Shown here: in pieces, positions 30,591-40,688 of the stretch
Position numbering within the stretch: position 1 is the first letter of the stretch
Layout: each line of letters starts with the position of its first letter
Origin: Alphaproteobacteria bacterium
GTDB taxonomy: Bacteria; Pseudomonadota; Alphaproteobacteria; UBA828
Length of the DNA: 64,000 nt
NCBI GenBank assembly: GCA_965220745.1
Contig: CBDCQT010000013.1
Span: 704,001 to 768,000, forward strand
Direction of reading: 5' to 3'
Notes under the pieces: generated by a model
Told to the model about the DNA's origin: nothing
The model's database searches: none
The model's input: only the letters and a program-made list of their open reading frames with translations
Translations under genes and position numbers: made by a program

Positions 30591-32588
30591 TCAGAACTTG
30601 ACCCAGGGCGGCTGCGTCTTCTTCTCTTCCGCCGGCGTGCCGACTGCCGCCTTCTCCGTGCCTTCGCCCGATGAGGACGCGGCTCCGTTGCCGTCAGGGT
30701 CAGCGCTGGCCGGCCCCTCCGCCGTCTCGGGCGGAGGCTCCGCATTGGGGGTCTCGTCGGATTGCCGCGCGTCCGGCGCCGGCACGGCGCCTTCGCCGGC
30801 CGGGTGTGTCAGTCGAGCCGGCGGTCCGCCGGCGCGGCTCGGATCGCGGCTGTCGTCGGGCCTCGGCACGAAGCGCACCGCGACGATGTCCCGCTTCCGG
30901 TACTTCAGCCTGATCCGTGCGACCGGCGAGGGGCCGGGGAACTTCAGGTAGCCCGACAGGTTCTCAAGACGCGATACCTCCGACGGAAGAACCAGGGGAC
31001 GCTCCTCGCGCCGCGTGCTCAGCGTCACGCCGCCGTGCGCGGTCTCGTAGCTCACGCCCTCCGAGAGGGTCTCGACCTCCACTTTGCCCAGGCTCCCCGC
31101 CGACCACTCGGACGTGTCCTTGTCGGGTGACGCCAACACGACCCGGGTGCCGCACAGCCCCGAGATCGTCTGCGCAAGGTCGCGCCCGTAGAGGTCCCGC
31201 AGGGCGGAGAACACCTGCACGCCGAGCACGAAGCAGCCTCCGAACTGCCGGCTCTCCGAAAGGCCGGGATCGAGGCTCGGGAGCTGGTGCAGGGTCGGCA
31301 GCTCGTCCAGGATCACCCAGATGCGGCGTGAGTCGGAGCGCGACAGCGAGAGCAGCGAGTTGACCGCGATCTCCAGCCAGGTGGAGATCAGCCCCCGCAG
31401 GCTCGCGTGCTGGTCGCCCCGCGACGTGAGAAACAGGCAGCCGCCGCTTCCCTCGCGTTCGATCCACTTCCTGATGGAGAAGGGGTCGCCCTCGTCGGGC
31501 AGCACCTCCATGGCGCCGATGTTGGCAGTCAGCATGGCGCGCACCGAGAGCGCGGTCTTCGGGTTGGCGAGATCGACGATGGACTGGGTCACGGTGCCCT
31601 CCATGGCCTCCGCGAGCTCGCTCAGATCGGTCTTGAGCAGACGGTCCACCAGCACCCGGTTACGTGTCTCTCCCCGCTGCCAGAGCACGGCCGCGCCGTG
31701 AGAGAAGAGCTGGCGTGCGGCGGTGATCCAGAAGGGGTCTGCGGCATCCTTCTGGCGGGGGATCAGCGCTGCCGCCATCGTGTCGAAGTCCAGCGCGGTG
31801 CGGGCCTCGAGGAAGGGCGACCAGCGCGGCGCGCGGTCGTCGAGGGGATTGAGCAGGACGTCCCGGCGCTTGTCGAAGAAGGTTTCGGTATAGCTCCCCA
31901 TCTTGTCGTAGATGACGCAACGCTCGCCCCGGCTGCGGATCTGCTCGACCAGGTCCGAGATGAGCACCGTCTTGCCCGAGCCCGTGGTGCCGGAGACGAT
32001 CGTGTGGTGCCTCTCGGCACCCTTCGGCCAGGGGATGCCGGCGATGCGGTAGGGCCGGGCCTCGGCGGGGCGGTCCCGCGGCCGCAACCGCCGCCACCAT
32101 GGCAGGGTGCGATGCCTCAGCTCCTTCGCGCTTGCCAGCTCGCCGCCCCGCAAGCGCTTGCCGCGCCCCAGTCTTTGCCCCAACAGGCGCAGCCCGAAGA
32201 GGACGGCGGCGGCCAGGCCCGCACAGCCGCCGCCACCGAGCAGAGCGGCATCGACGGCATCCCCCAGCAGGCGATCCCGATAGTCGAGGATCACGGGGTG
32301 TCTCGTGATGGTGTCGAGGGTCATGACCAGGACGGTTCCGTCCACGTCGCGGATCTTCTTGGTCTTGTCGGGCTTGAAATCGGCAACGAGCATGAACTCG
32401 CTCAGCGCGTAGACGCCGAAGACGTGCCAGTCGTGGTTGGTGTAGTCGCTGGTGGTCTTCCAGACAGCAGCGCCCAGGCCCGCGAGGATGACGCCGATGC
32501 CGATCCACCAGCCGAACCTGAACCACGTGCGAAAGCCCCGGGTAGCAACCCGGAGTCCGCGACCGGTGTCGCCGCCCACCCCGGTCAT
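30591..32588 (-). CDS. traD: Type IV coupling protein (TraD/TrwB-like)
   Basis: N-terminal TM helices, GTTGSGKT, IYDKMG, LNPLDDR, ILDELPTL, SRQFGG. Confidence 0.92.
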   Translation of the reverse strand: MTGVGGDTGRGLRVATRGFRTWFRFGWWIGIGVILAGLGAAVWKTTSDYTNHDWHVFGVYALSEFMLVADFKPDKTKKIRDVDGTVLVMTLDTITRHPVILDYRDRLLGDAVDAALLGGGGCAGLAAAVLFGLRLLGQRLGRGKRLRGGELASAKELRHRTLPWWRRLRPRDRPAEARPYRIAGIPWPKGAERHHTIVSGTTGSGKTVLISDLVEQIRSRGERCVIYDKMGSYTETFFDKRRDVLLNPLDDRAPRWSPFLEARTALDFDTMAAALIPRQKDAADPFWITAARQLFSHGAAVLWQRGETRNRVLVDRLLKTDLSELAEAMEGTVTQSIVDLANPKTALSVRAMLTANIGAMEVLPDEGDPFSIRKWIEREGSGGCLFLTSRGDQHASLRGLISTWLEIAVNSLLSLSRSDSRRIWVILDELPTLHQLPSLDPGLSESRQFGGCFVLGVQVFSALRDLYGRDLAQTISGLCGTRVVLASPDKDTSEWSAGSLGKVEVETLSEGVSYETAHGGVTLSTRREERPLVLPSEVSRLENLSGYLKFPGPSPVARIRLKYRKRDIVAVRFVPRPDDSRDPSRAGGPPARLTHPAGEGAVPAPDARQSDETPNAEPPPETAEGPASADPDGNGAASSSGEGTEKAAVGTPAEEKKTQPPWVKF

Positions 32589-33271
32589 TGCGAAGCCTCC
32601 ACGGCGGCAGCTGGCGGAGCGCCGGCAGCGCCCCTCCTGTCATGGACATTGCCGCCGGGAGAAGAGCCGGCCAGGTCTCTGAACCGCGCGAGCCAGCGCT
32701 CTGCGGCGGCTTTGGGCGCGAGCGGGCGAATGGTGCGGCGCAGCGGCGGGAAGGGGGTTCTGCCGCCTCCCACCCCGAGGTCGCGCCTTGCCAGGGTGTT
32801 CCCCTGTTCTGCCGCATCCGTCATGAGGGCGACGAAGCGGAGCACCTCGCTCCAGTCTTCCGGCGGCTCCGGGTCGAGGCCTGCGACTTCGCGCACCGCC
32901 CGGTCGACAGCAGCGCCCAGCGCCTTGGCGCGTGCCGCCGCCTTGGCCGATGCGGGGAGACCCGCCTCTTCGTCGCCGAGCCAGGCGGCACGCGCGGGAG
33001 TGAGAAGTGCGTGGAGCGCCAGGCAGCGGCGGTCTTCGCCGGCGATACCCTCCAGCGCCTCGATTTCCTTGGACATGGTGATCCCGTGCCGGGCGAGCGA
33101 GAGGAAGCGCTGCGTCCGTCCGCCCCAGCGGCAGGTGTCGGCGAGCACATTGGCGATCGCCTCGACATCCACGTCGATGTCCTCGCCCTGCTCCGGATCG
33201 CCGGGCCAACGAGATGGCGGCGACTGGTTCGATGCCGGGCGCCGGCGGCGCGTGACGGGGGAGTCTGTCAT
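32585..33271 (-). CDS. Degenerate HD-fold (YfbR-like phosphohydrolase) protein
   Basis: EAIANVLADTCRWGGRTQRFLSLARH resembles DIAHALS..CRF.GH...FYSVAQH; the HD dyad is missing (ALLTPA). Confidence 0.55.
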   Translation of the reverse strand: MTDSPVTRRRRPASNQSPPSRWPGDPEQGEDIDVDVEAIANVLADTCRWGGRTQRFLSLARHGITMSKEIEALEGIAGEDRRCLALHALLTPARAAWLGDEEAGLPASAKAAARAKALGAAVDRAVREVAGLDPEPPEDWSEVLRFVALMTDAAEQGNTLARRDLGVGGGRTPFPPLRRTIRPLAPKAAAERWLARFRDLAGSSPGGNVHDRRGAAGAPPAAAVEASQ

Positions 33272-33310
33272 CGTTTCGATCCTCGTGAAGTACCTTCAGT
33301 GCTGTTGCTC

Positions 33311-33406
33311 ATCGGGGGCCGACTCAGGATCGGCCCCCGATGTCGTTTCGGTGGGAATGGCCGTAGCCGGAAGAGCCGGCACGGAGGCGCGAACCGCCGT
33401 GCCGGC
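33311..33406. promoter_or_regulatory. Two perfect inverted repeats upstream of the mob operon
   Basis: ATCGGGGGCCGA/TCGGCCCCCGAT (33311-33341) and GCCGGCACGG/CCGTGCCGGC (33375-33406). Confidence 0.45.
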
Positions 33407-33482
33407 AACCCGTCTCAGCCGCCCGTTGCCGATCCGGCCGATGCTGTCGGCGGCCGGGCCCGCGAGAACGGCTCAGGCACCG

Positions 33483-33800
33483 TCATCGCCGCCCCCGGTC
33501 CGGCGGCAGACCGGCTTCGCCCCAGAACGCCGCCCGCAGAGCCTCCAAGAACTTGAATGTGAGCACCCCCAATGCGAGCAACAGCGTCCCCCCAAGCGTG
33601 AATATCAGCAGGAGGAGCAGGGTTTCGATCTCGCAGGTGCTCCAGGAGCAAAACTCCGCAGCAGTTCCCGACAGGGTCTCTTCATATTCCAACGGCAGAG
33701 GCGGGGACGTCTCCGCATATGCCGGGGCGGCCTGCGGCATGACCGGCGCAGGCTCCCCGGTCTGCCTGCCCGGCGGCAGACCGGCGCCGACCGTCATCAC
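33483..33800 (-). CDS. Small membrane protein
   Basis: One long hydrophobic segment; ATGA overlap with the upstream HTH gene. Confidence 0.5.
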   Translation of the reverse strand: MMTVGAGLPPGRQTGEPAPVMPQAAPAYAETSPPLPLEYEETLSGTAAEFCSWSTCEIETLLLLLIFTLGGTLLLALGVLTFKFLEALRAAFWGEAGLPPDRGRR

Positions 33801-34084
33801 CGTACCCTCCCGGGGCCGTCGGCGCCCTCATCCTCGTCGTCCTCGTCATTCTCCTCGTCCCCGTCGTTCGGGATCGGACCCTGCAGCCCGTCGTCGGAGG
33901 TTGAATGCCTGCGCCGCTTCGACGCCCACTTGATGACATCGGAAAGCAGATAGCGCACGACGCCTTCGAGGTCATAGTAAGGCGGACCCCCACCGCGGGA
34001 GCGGTAGCTCTCCAGCGTGCGCGGGCTCAGGCCCAGGTACTCCGCCACCCTCTTGGTGGATATGAACTGAGTGTTCTCGTCCAT
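33797..34084 (-). CDS. Excisionase/AlpA-like HTH protein
   Basis: ISTKRVAEYLGLSPRTLESYRSRGGGPPY...VRY; GGGAG SD. Confidence 0.85.
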   Translation of the reverse strand: MDENTQFISTKRVAEYLGLSPRTLESYRSRGGGPPYYDLEGVVRYLLSDVIKWASKRRRHSTSDDGLQGPIPNDGDEENDEDDEDEGADGPGRVR

Positions 34085-34149
34085 TTCTTTCTCCCATGTG
34101 TCCTGACGCATCGACCGCAACAGGCGTGACGCCGTCCCCGACCGAGTCC

Positions 34150-34578
34150 CGCACCTGGCTCCACCGCGCTCGCGGTGTTCGCCATCAAGGCACCCACCCT
34201 GTGGTCGGTGCCGGGCGTCGGGACCCGTCCCCGCCCCGGCCTGAGCACGAAGCCGGGACTGCTCATTGCCTTCTCGCCGAGCCTTTTCGCCTTTATGCCG
34301 GTCTCCTCGATGAGGGCCTCGGCCTCCCGCAGGAAGCAGGAGCCGACGGGCTCCAGGTTCATGGAGGCCGGCACCGTGTCGGCAGTGCCGAGGCGCACGT
34401 CCAAGCCCCGACCGAGGCGGCCAGAGCATGACGCGTCGCCGGGCACGGCGCTGCCGAGGGCGCAATACCAGAGCTTCTTGCTGTCGATGTTCGCCTCGAT
34501 GCTGTGCGCCTCGGTGCTGTCGATCGGCGCCTGCCAGCTGCCTGGGGTAATGCGGTCGATGTGGAGTGACGTGCTCAT
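34150..34578 (-). pseudogene. Degenerate HTH-repeat protein, paralog of 34913..35200
   Basis: ALG...DAS..GRLGRGLDVRLGTAD...LEPVG..FLREAEALIEETG shared with the neighbouring copy. Confidence 0.45.
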
Positions 34579-34912
34579 GGAGAGAACATATAGGCAACAC
34601 TTCTATCTATGCAATTGTATGGAATCGGAGATTGGATGTAGCATTTGGCATAAAGCGACGACATAAGGTGTCAGGAGTACTCAGGAGTACCATCTAGTAC
34701 GACGATCACTTTTTTGTGATGCCAGCACGGCTCCCTTCCGGGAGCGAGATCGCGCTTGCCATCGACCGCAAGCGCTACAGGGTCGGCGGTCAGGGGGAAT
34801 TCGGAAAGCCGAGGGTGCCTGCCGCCGGAGACATCGGGATGCCCGCGGAACTCCTCAGATGGCGAGACCGAACACCCGCGCCACGTGCCGAGCTTCAGGG
34901 ACCTTCCCTTCT

Positions 34913-35200
34913 TCAGCCTGAGCGCGAAGCTGGGATCGCCAGCACTTCCTCGCCGGGCACATGCGGCTCGATGCCGGTCTCCTGGAGGAAGGCATCGAGC
35001 TTCCGCAGGAAGCGTGGGCCGATCGGCTCCAGCCTCACGTAGGTCAGCTCCTTGTCGGCGGTGCGAAGACGCACCTCCGAGCCCTGGCCGAGCCGGCCGA
35101 GAAAGGACGCATCGCCAAGCGCGGCCAAGCCGAAACCGGCACGCGAGAGCTTCTCGCGATAGCCCGCTGGTCCCGAGCGATGATCACGCCACATGCTGCC
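34913..35200 (-). pseudogene. Degenerate HTH-repeat protein, paralog of 34150..34578
   Basis: ALGDASFLGRLGQGSEVRLRTAD...LEPIGPRFLRKLDAFLQETG. Confidence 0.45.
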
Positions 35201-35365
35201 GTCATTGAACCAACATGAAACGGCCTCTTTCCCCGCACCGCTGATTGATCTCTCCGGTCGGTACGGCAACCAAGTCTGCGTACGACTTTACTGTTGACCC
35301 ATTTTGCGCGATGGAGGCTCATGCCGATCACTTGAGAATCGGATCAGCTGCTCCATGCTTGATGC

Positions 35366-38300
35366 ATGAACATCGGTGCCGCAGTCTCGGGCAGCCTCTT
35401 TGCCAACGATTTCCTTTGTGAATCCGTTGGCCAGACGCCTGACTGGCAGGATCTGAACGCAACCTCATTCGACGCATTCGAGGCGGCGTTGCGGGCCATC
35501 GTTGACAACTTCCCCTTCGCCGGCGCGCCCAACGAGAGCCAGACAGAGGACGACCTGATCTGGCCCGTGCTCGGGGTCCTTGGCTGGTCGGCCAGCCTGC
35601 GGCAGCAAAACCTCAGCGCACACGGCATGACGGACGTGCCGGATGGCTTGCTGTTCGCGGACGAGGCGACGAAGGGCCAAGCCAACCGCTTCGCCCAGGA
35701 GTGGAGGCGCTACGAGCTTGGCCTTGCGGTGGTGGAGTCCAAACGCTGGCAGCGCCCGCTCGACCGCCGCTCCGGGAGAGCCGGCGAGGAGACGGCGCCA
35801 TCGACCCAGATGCTGCGCTATCTGCGGCGCGTCGACGATCTCACCACCGGCAGGCTGCGCTGGGGCATTCTCACCAACGGCGCACGCTGGCGGCTCTACT
35901 ACCAGGGCGCGCGCTCGGTGTCTGAGCAGTTCTTCGAGGTCGATCTCCCGGCGATCCTCGACCTCCCCGGCCACAACGACGGCCTCTTCGCCCTCGACGA
36001 CGCGGAGCGGCGCCACTGCCTCAAGCTGTTCGCGCTGGTCTTCCGGCGCGAGGCCTTCCTGCCCGGTGCGGTGGACGAGCGCACCTTCCATCAGCGCGCC
36101 ATCGAGGAAGGCCGCTTCTACGAGGAGCGTGTTGCCGCCAGCCTCTCCGATCTGGTCTTCGGCCAGGTCTTCCCCGAGCTCGCCCGTGCGATCGCCGCCG
36201 CCGCGCCGGACTCGCCCCTGCCCGAGGTACGCGAGGCCACGCTGATCCTGCTCTATCGGCTGCTGTTCATCCTCTATGCCGAGGACCGCGACCTGCTGCC
36301 GGTCCGGGACGAGCGCTACGACGACTACGCGCTGCGCGACCGCGTTCGCGACGATATCGGTCGTCGCAAGGACCAAGGAGACACCTTCGCCGAAACCCTA
36401 ACGACCTATTGGTCGGCGGTGGACGATCTTTGCCGTGCCATCGACCAAGGCGAGGTCTCCATCGGCCTGCCGCCCTACAACGGCGGCCTGTTCGACCGCG
36501 CACGTGTGCCGCTGCTCGACCGCATCCGGCTCGGCGACCGGATGATGGCGGATGTCATCGACGCGCTTTCCTTCGAGCAGAGCGAGGCAGGGCGCCGCTA
36601 CATCAACTATCGCGATCTCGGGGTTCGCCAGCTCGGCTCGATCTACGAACGCCTTCTGGAACACGAGCTCGTCCGAGAGGGCGACGCGGTGGCCGTGCGC
36701 CCCAACATCTTCGCCCGCAAGGGCTCGGGCAGCTACTACACGCCCGACGACCTGGTGGGACTGATCGTCGAGGAGACCATCGGCCCCCTGGTGCAGGCGC
36801 GCATGGACGGCTTCATGGAAGAAGCTGGGCGCGTGCCCGAAAATGGACACGCCCGCGAGCGGGCCGTGGCGCGCCTGGCGGAACACGACCCCGCCGAGGC
36901 GATTCTCGCCGTCAAGGTCTGCGATCCCGCCATGGGATCAGGCCACTTCCTCGTCACGCTGGTGGATTATCTCGCCGACCAGGTGGTCGGCGCCATGGCC
37001 GAGGCAGAAGCGGCGGTCGAGGGCTACGTCTCGCCGCTCGCCAGCCGCATCCAGGCCATCCGCGACCGGATCGTGGCGAACGCGGAAGAGCGCAACTGGG
37101 CCTTGGACAAGGACCGGCTCGACGACCGTCACATCGTCCGACGCATGGTGCTGAAGCGCTGCGTCTACGGGGTCGACAAGAACCCGATGGCGGTGGAGCT
37201 GGCCAAAGTCGCGCTCTGGCTGCACACCTTCACCGTCGGCGCGCCGCTCAGCTTCCTGGATCACCACCTCCGCTGCGGCGACAGCCTGTTCGGCGCCTGG
37301 GCGCGGAGCGGAATCGACAAGGCGACCGACTATGGCAGCCCCCTGCTCTTGCACGGCTCAATCGCCGAAGCGGAACGGTCGGCGCGGTCGATGCAGACGA
37401 TCGAGGACCTGACCGACGCCGAGATCGCCGAGGCGCATCGCTCCGCTGAGACCTTCGCCGAGGTGGAGGCGGCAACGGCGCCCCTCGATGCCGTCCTTCG
37501 CCTCGTGCATGCCCTCGATTGGCTGGAGGTGAAGGACCGGGACGGCAAGACGGCGCTACAATCCTTCTTCGGCGGCCTGCTCGGTGATCCTATCGACATC
37601 GCGCTGGGCCAGGTAGAGGTATCGACGGAGCGAGTGGAGAGCGCGTCGTTCATCGGACTGTTGGGTGAGGCCCGGCGCATCGTCGCGGAGGAGCGCTTTC
37701 TCAACTGGCAAGCGGCGTTCCCCGGCGTTTGGTTGAACTGGCAGAGCGCGGGCCTCGAAGGCGGCTTCGACGCCGTGATCGGCAATCCGCCCTGGGACCG
37801 GATGAAGCTGCAACAGGTGGAGTGGTTCGCGACGCGGCGGCCCGAGATCGCGCTTGCGCCGCGCGCGGCCGACCGCAAGCGCATGATTGCGGCGCTGGAG
37901 CGCGACGGCGATCCGCTGGCGAGGGACTACGCGCTGGCAAGCGAGCGAGCGGCGATGGCCGTCCGTACGGCGCGGCGATCCGGCGATTATCCGCTGCTGT
38001 CGAGCGGGGACGTGAACCTCTATTCACTCTTCGTCGAGCGCGCGATGACACTCGTGAAGCCCGACGGCATGATGGGGCTCCTCACGCCCTCCGGCATTGC
38101 GTCGGACAAGACGGCCGCCCGCTTCTTCAAGGGCGTGGCGACCGAAGGGCGGCTGAAAGCGCTCTATGACTTCGAGAACCGGCGCACGCGTTATGACGCG
38201 CCGCCTTTCTTCCCCGACGTGGACAGCCGCTTCAAGTTCTGTGCCTTCGTGGCCAGCCCGTCCCCCCTCGCCGACACCGCGCGGTGCGCGTTCTTCCTGC

Positions 38301-39445
38301 AGGATATCGCAGAACTTGAAGACAGCGAGCGTTGCTTCCCGTTGACAGCGGAAGCCTTCGCGCGCGTCAACCCCAACACCGGCACGGCGCCGATCTTCCG
38401 CACCCGCCGCGATGCGGAGCTGACCACGGCGATATACGAGCGCCTGCCGGTCTTGGTCGACCGCTCGGCGGGCGAGGAGGTGAAAGCGTGGCCGGTGAGG
38501 CACGTCCGCATGTTTGACACCGACCTTGATTCGCATTGGTTCCGCTCGCGGGCGGAGCTTGAGGAGCGGGAGAGCGCGTACCCCATCAGCGGCAACCGTT
38601 TCGGCAGTCCGACCGGCGAGTGGGTGCCGCTCTACGAGGGCAAGATGGTGCAGGCGTTCGATCACCGAGCTGCAAGTGTCACCGTTAATCCGCGAAACCT
38701 GCATCGACCAGCCCAACCCGCCCCAACGACGTTAGGGCAGCACCAAGATCCGGGTTGGGTTCCCGATCCACAGTTTTGGGTCCCAGCCTCGCAGTGCGAA
38801 TATCCTGCTGGAGCGAAATGGGTTCTTGGATTCAAGCGAATTACCTCCACCACTAATTCTCGCTCGTTAATTTCATCGCTATTGCCGGCGGTCGGCTTTA
38901 ATGACCTTCTTCCCATTCTACTTCCCGATACGTTGGATCGAGGAGAGTGGCTACTTGTGGCCAACTTTAATTCTGCGCCTTTAGACTACGTGACGCGCCA
39001 AAAGGTTCAGGCCAATCATCTGAATCTCTTTATTGTTGAACAACTCCCCGTCGTCCCGCCCGAGCGCTACGAGTGCGTGCGCTTCGGGCGGAAGACGGCA
39101 GCGGAAATTGTCCTCGAGGCGGTACTTGAGCTGACTTATACGGCCCACGACATGGTGCCCTTCGCCCGCGACATGGGACATGTGGACGACGCCGGCGACG
39201 TGCTGCCGCCCTTCGTATGGGACGAAGAGCGGCGCCTCTTCCTGCGCGCGAAGCTGGACGCCGTGTTCTTCCACCTCTACGGCGTCACCGACCGCGACGA
39301 CGTGCGCTACATTTATTCCACTTTCCCCATAGTCGAGCGCGAACAGACCGTCGCCTACGGCACCTACCGCTCCCGCGACCTCTGCCTCGCCTGGATGAAC
39401 GCCCTCGCGGCTGGTGATCCAGACGCGGAAGTCACCCTGCAATAG
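35366..39445 (+). CDS. Type IIG (Eco57I-like) fused restriction endonuclease-methyltransferase
   Basis: PDGLLF...VESK nuclease motif, GILTNG..WRLY, GSYYTP, DPAMGSGHF (motif I), IGNPPW (motif IV), C-terminal specificity region. Confidence 0.92.
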   Translation: MNIGAAVSGSLFANDFLCESVGQTPDWQDLNATSFDAFEAALRAIVDNFPFAGAPNESQTEDDLIWPVLGVLGWSASLRQQNLSAHGMTDVPDGLLFADEATKGQANRFAQEWRRYELGLAVVESKRWQRPLDRRSGRAGEETAPSTQMLRYLRRVDDLTTGRLRWGILTNGARWRLYYQGARSVSEQFFEVDLPAILDLPGHNDGLFALDDAERRHCLKLFALVFRREAFLPGAVDERTFHQRAIEEGRFYEERVAASLSDLVFGQVFPELARAIAAAAPDSPLPEVREATLILLYRLLFILYAEDRDLLPVRDERYDDYALRDRVRDDIGRRKDQGDTFAETLTTYWSAVDDLCRAIDQGEVSIGLPPYNGGLFDRARVPLLDRIRLGDRMMADVIDALSFEQSEAGRRYINYRDLGVRQLGSIYERLLEHELVREGDAVAVRPNIFARKGSGSYYTPDDLVGLIVEETIGPLVQARMDGFMEEAGRVPENGHARERAVARLAEHDPAEAILAVKVCDPAMGSGHFLVTLVDYLADQVVGAMAEAEAAVEGYVSPLASRIQAIRDRIVANAEERNWALDKDRLDDRHIVRRMVLKRCVYGVDKNPMAVELAKVALWLHTFTVGAPLSFLDHHLRCGDSLFGAWARSGIDKATDYGSPLLLHGSIAEAERSARSMQTIEDLTDAEIAEAHRSAETFAEVEAATAPLDAVLRLVHALDWLEVKDRDGKTALQSFFGGLLGDPIDIALGQVEVSTERVESASFIGLLGEARRIVAEERFLNWQAAFPGVWLNWQSAGLEGGFDAVIGNPPWDRMKLQQVEWFATRRPEIALAPRAADRKRMIAALERDGDPLARDYALASERAAMAVRTARRSGDYPLLSSGDVNLYSLFVERAMTLVKPDGMMGLLTPSGIASDKTAARFFKGVATEGRLKALYDFENRRTRYDAPPFFPDVDSRFKFCAFVASPSPLADTARCAFFLQDIAELEDSERCFPLTAEAFARVNPNTGTAPIFRTRRDAELTTAIYERLPVLVDRSAGEEVKAWPVRHVRMFDTDLDSHWFRSRAELEERESAYPISGNRFGSPTGEWVPLYEGKMVQAFDHRAASVTVNPRNLHRPAQPAPTTLGQHQDPGWVPDPQFWVPASQCEYPAGAKWVLGFKRITSTTNSRSLISSLLPAVGFNDLLPILLPDTLDRGEWLLVANFNSAPLDYVTRQKVQANHLNLFIVEQLPVVPPERYECVRFGRKTAAEIVLEAVLELTYTAHDMVPFARDMGHVDDAGDVLPPFVWDEERRLFLRAKLDAVFFHLYGVTDRDDVRYIYSTFPIVEREQTVAYGTYRSRDLCLAWMNALAAGDPDAEVTLQ

Positions 39446-39668
39446 GAATACAGTCAGCCCAAGGCACCCAATGCCATGAATTCAAGACTCGTCCTCCGCC
39501 CCTCGGGCGCCAGGGACCGACTCCGTCGGGGCACCCAGCGATCGGTCGCTCGGTGGCGGCGCAACGAACATGGATAAGGACAAGTGATTCCGATTGTCCC
39601 GCTTCGGACTCTGCTATGGATTACGCGATGAATCCGACATGCGGGAATCGGCTTGAGGAGAATGAGCC

Positions 39669-40004
39669 ATGACAGGGACCGACGATGCGCTCTTGCAGCG
39701 TATGGTAGCCACAATCGTGAAGGAGGTGGACCCCGAACAGGTGATACTCTTCGGCTCCCGTGCGCGCGGCAACGCAGCTACGGACTCCGACGTCGATCTG
39801 GTGGTAATCGAAACCGCACCGTTCGGCGAAGAGAGGGACCGCCGCACGGAAGCAGTGCGCCTTTGGAGAGCGCTGGCGGGCTTTCGCGTTCCCAAGGACA
39901 TTCTGGTCTATAGCCGCGACGAGGCCGAATATTGGCGGCACTCCCTCAACCATGTGCTCGCGCGCGCTTTGCGCGAGGGCAGGGTCCTCTATGAGCGACC
40001 ATAG
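39669..40004 (+). CDS. Minimal nucleotidyltransferase (MNT) antitoxin
   Basis: LFGSRARG...DSDVDLVV. Confidence 0.9.
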   Translation: MTGTDDALLQRMVATIVKEVDPEQVILFGSRARGNAATDSDVDLVVIETAPFGEERDRRTEAVRLWRALAGFRVPKDILVYSRDEAEYWRHSLNHVLARALREGRVLYERP

Positions 40005-40413
40005 GCAAGCGCGTATCCTCGTAGGAGCGGCGGAAAAGGATATCACCGCCCTGCGCGGCATGAGCGATGCCGACATCTTCGCTGACGAGATTTTCGGCTT
40101 TCATGCACAACAGGCGGTGGAAAAGCTGTTCAAGGCGTGGCTCGCTCTGTTGGGTCGAACCTACCCGCCAATCCACGACCTATCCGAACTTCTCTCGATG
40201 TTGATCGAATGCCAGTCAGACGCCGCGCGATTCGAGCCCTTGATCGAATACACTCCCTACGCCGTCCAGTTCCGCTACGGAATCGGCGACACCGGCAGCG
40301 TGCCACTCGATCGGGACGCCGCCCTTCTGGGAACAGAAGCGTTGCTTGCCGAAGTTCAGTGCAAACTGCCAGACGAAGACGACCCGACTTCGACGGTTGA
40401 TTCGCGTAAGTAG
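39991..40413 (+). CDS. HEPN-domain protein (MNT-HEPN pair)
   Basis: GFHAQQAVEKLFKAWL, HDLSELL, YAVQFRY; start at ATG 39991. Confidence 0.88.
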   Translation: MSDHRQARILVGAAEKDITALRGMSDADIFADEIFGFHAQQAVEKLFKAWLALLGRTYPPIHDLSELLSMLIECQSDAARFEPLIEYTPYAVQFRYGIGDTGSVPLDRDAALLGTEALLAEVQCKLPDEDDPTSTVDSRK

Positions 40414-40688
40414 ATGATATTCCCCAGCTCTCATTTCTGGCACTGCATCCGGCATTTTTTCGAGCCTAGGCCGGGCTTCGTTGGCATTCAGGCGAGCTGG
40501 TACGGGGTGATCGTCAGGGGCAGACCCATGGTGGCGTAGATCTGTTCCGCCGCCCGTGTCGGCTTCGAGGGAATGACGTAGCGGTTGCCCGATTGCCGGC
40601 AGCGCAGCACGGAGCATTGGCGGTGGATGAAGGCGGAGCGGATGACCTCCGGGGACATCCGCTGCTTCTGGATGGCGACGCGGTACGT
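40383..40688 (-). mobile_element. IS remnant, probably IS1634-family: transposase C-terminus plus right end
   Basis: 40688..40488 reads TYRVAIQKQRMSPEVIRSAFIHRQCSVLRCRQSGNRYVIPSKPTRAAEQIYATMGL..stop; end-like CCCGACTTCGACGGTTGA at 40383. Family call is from recall. Confidence 0.55.
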
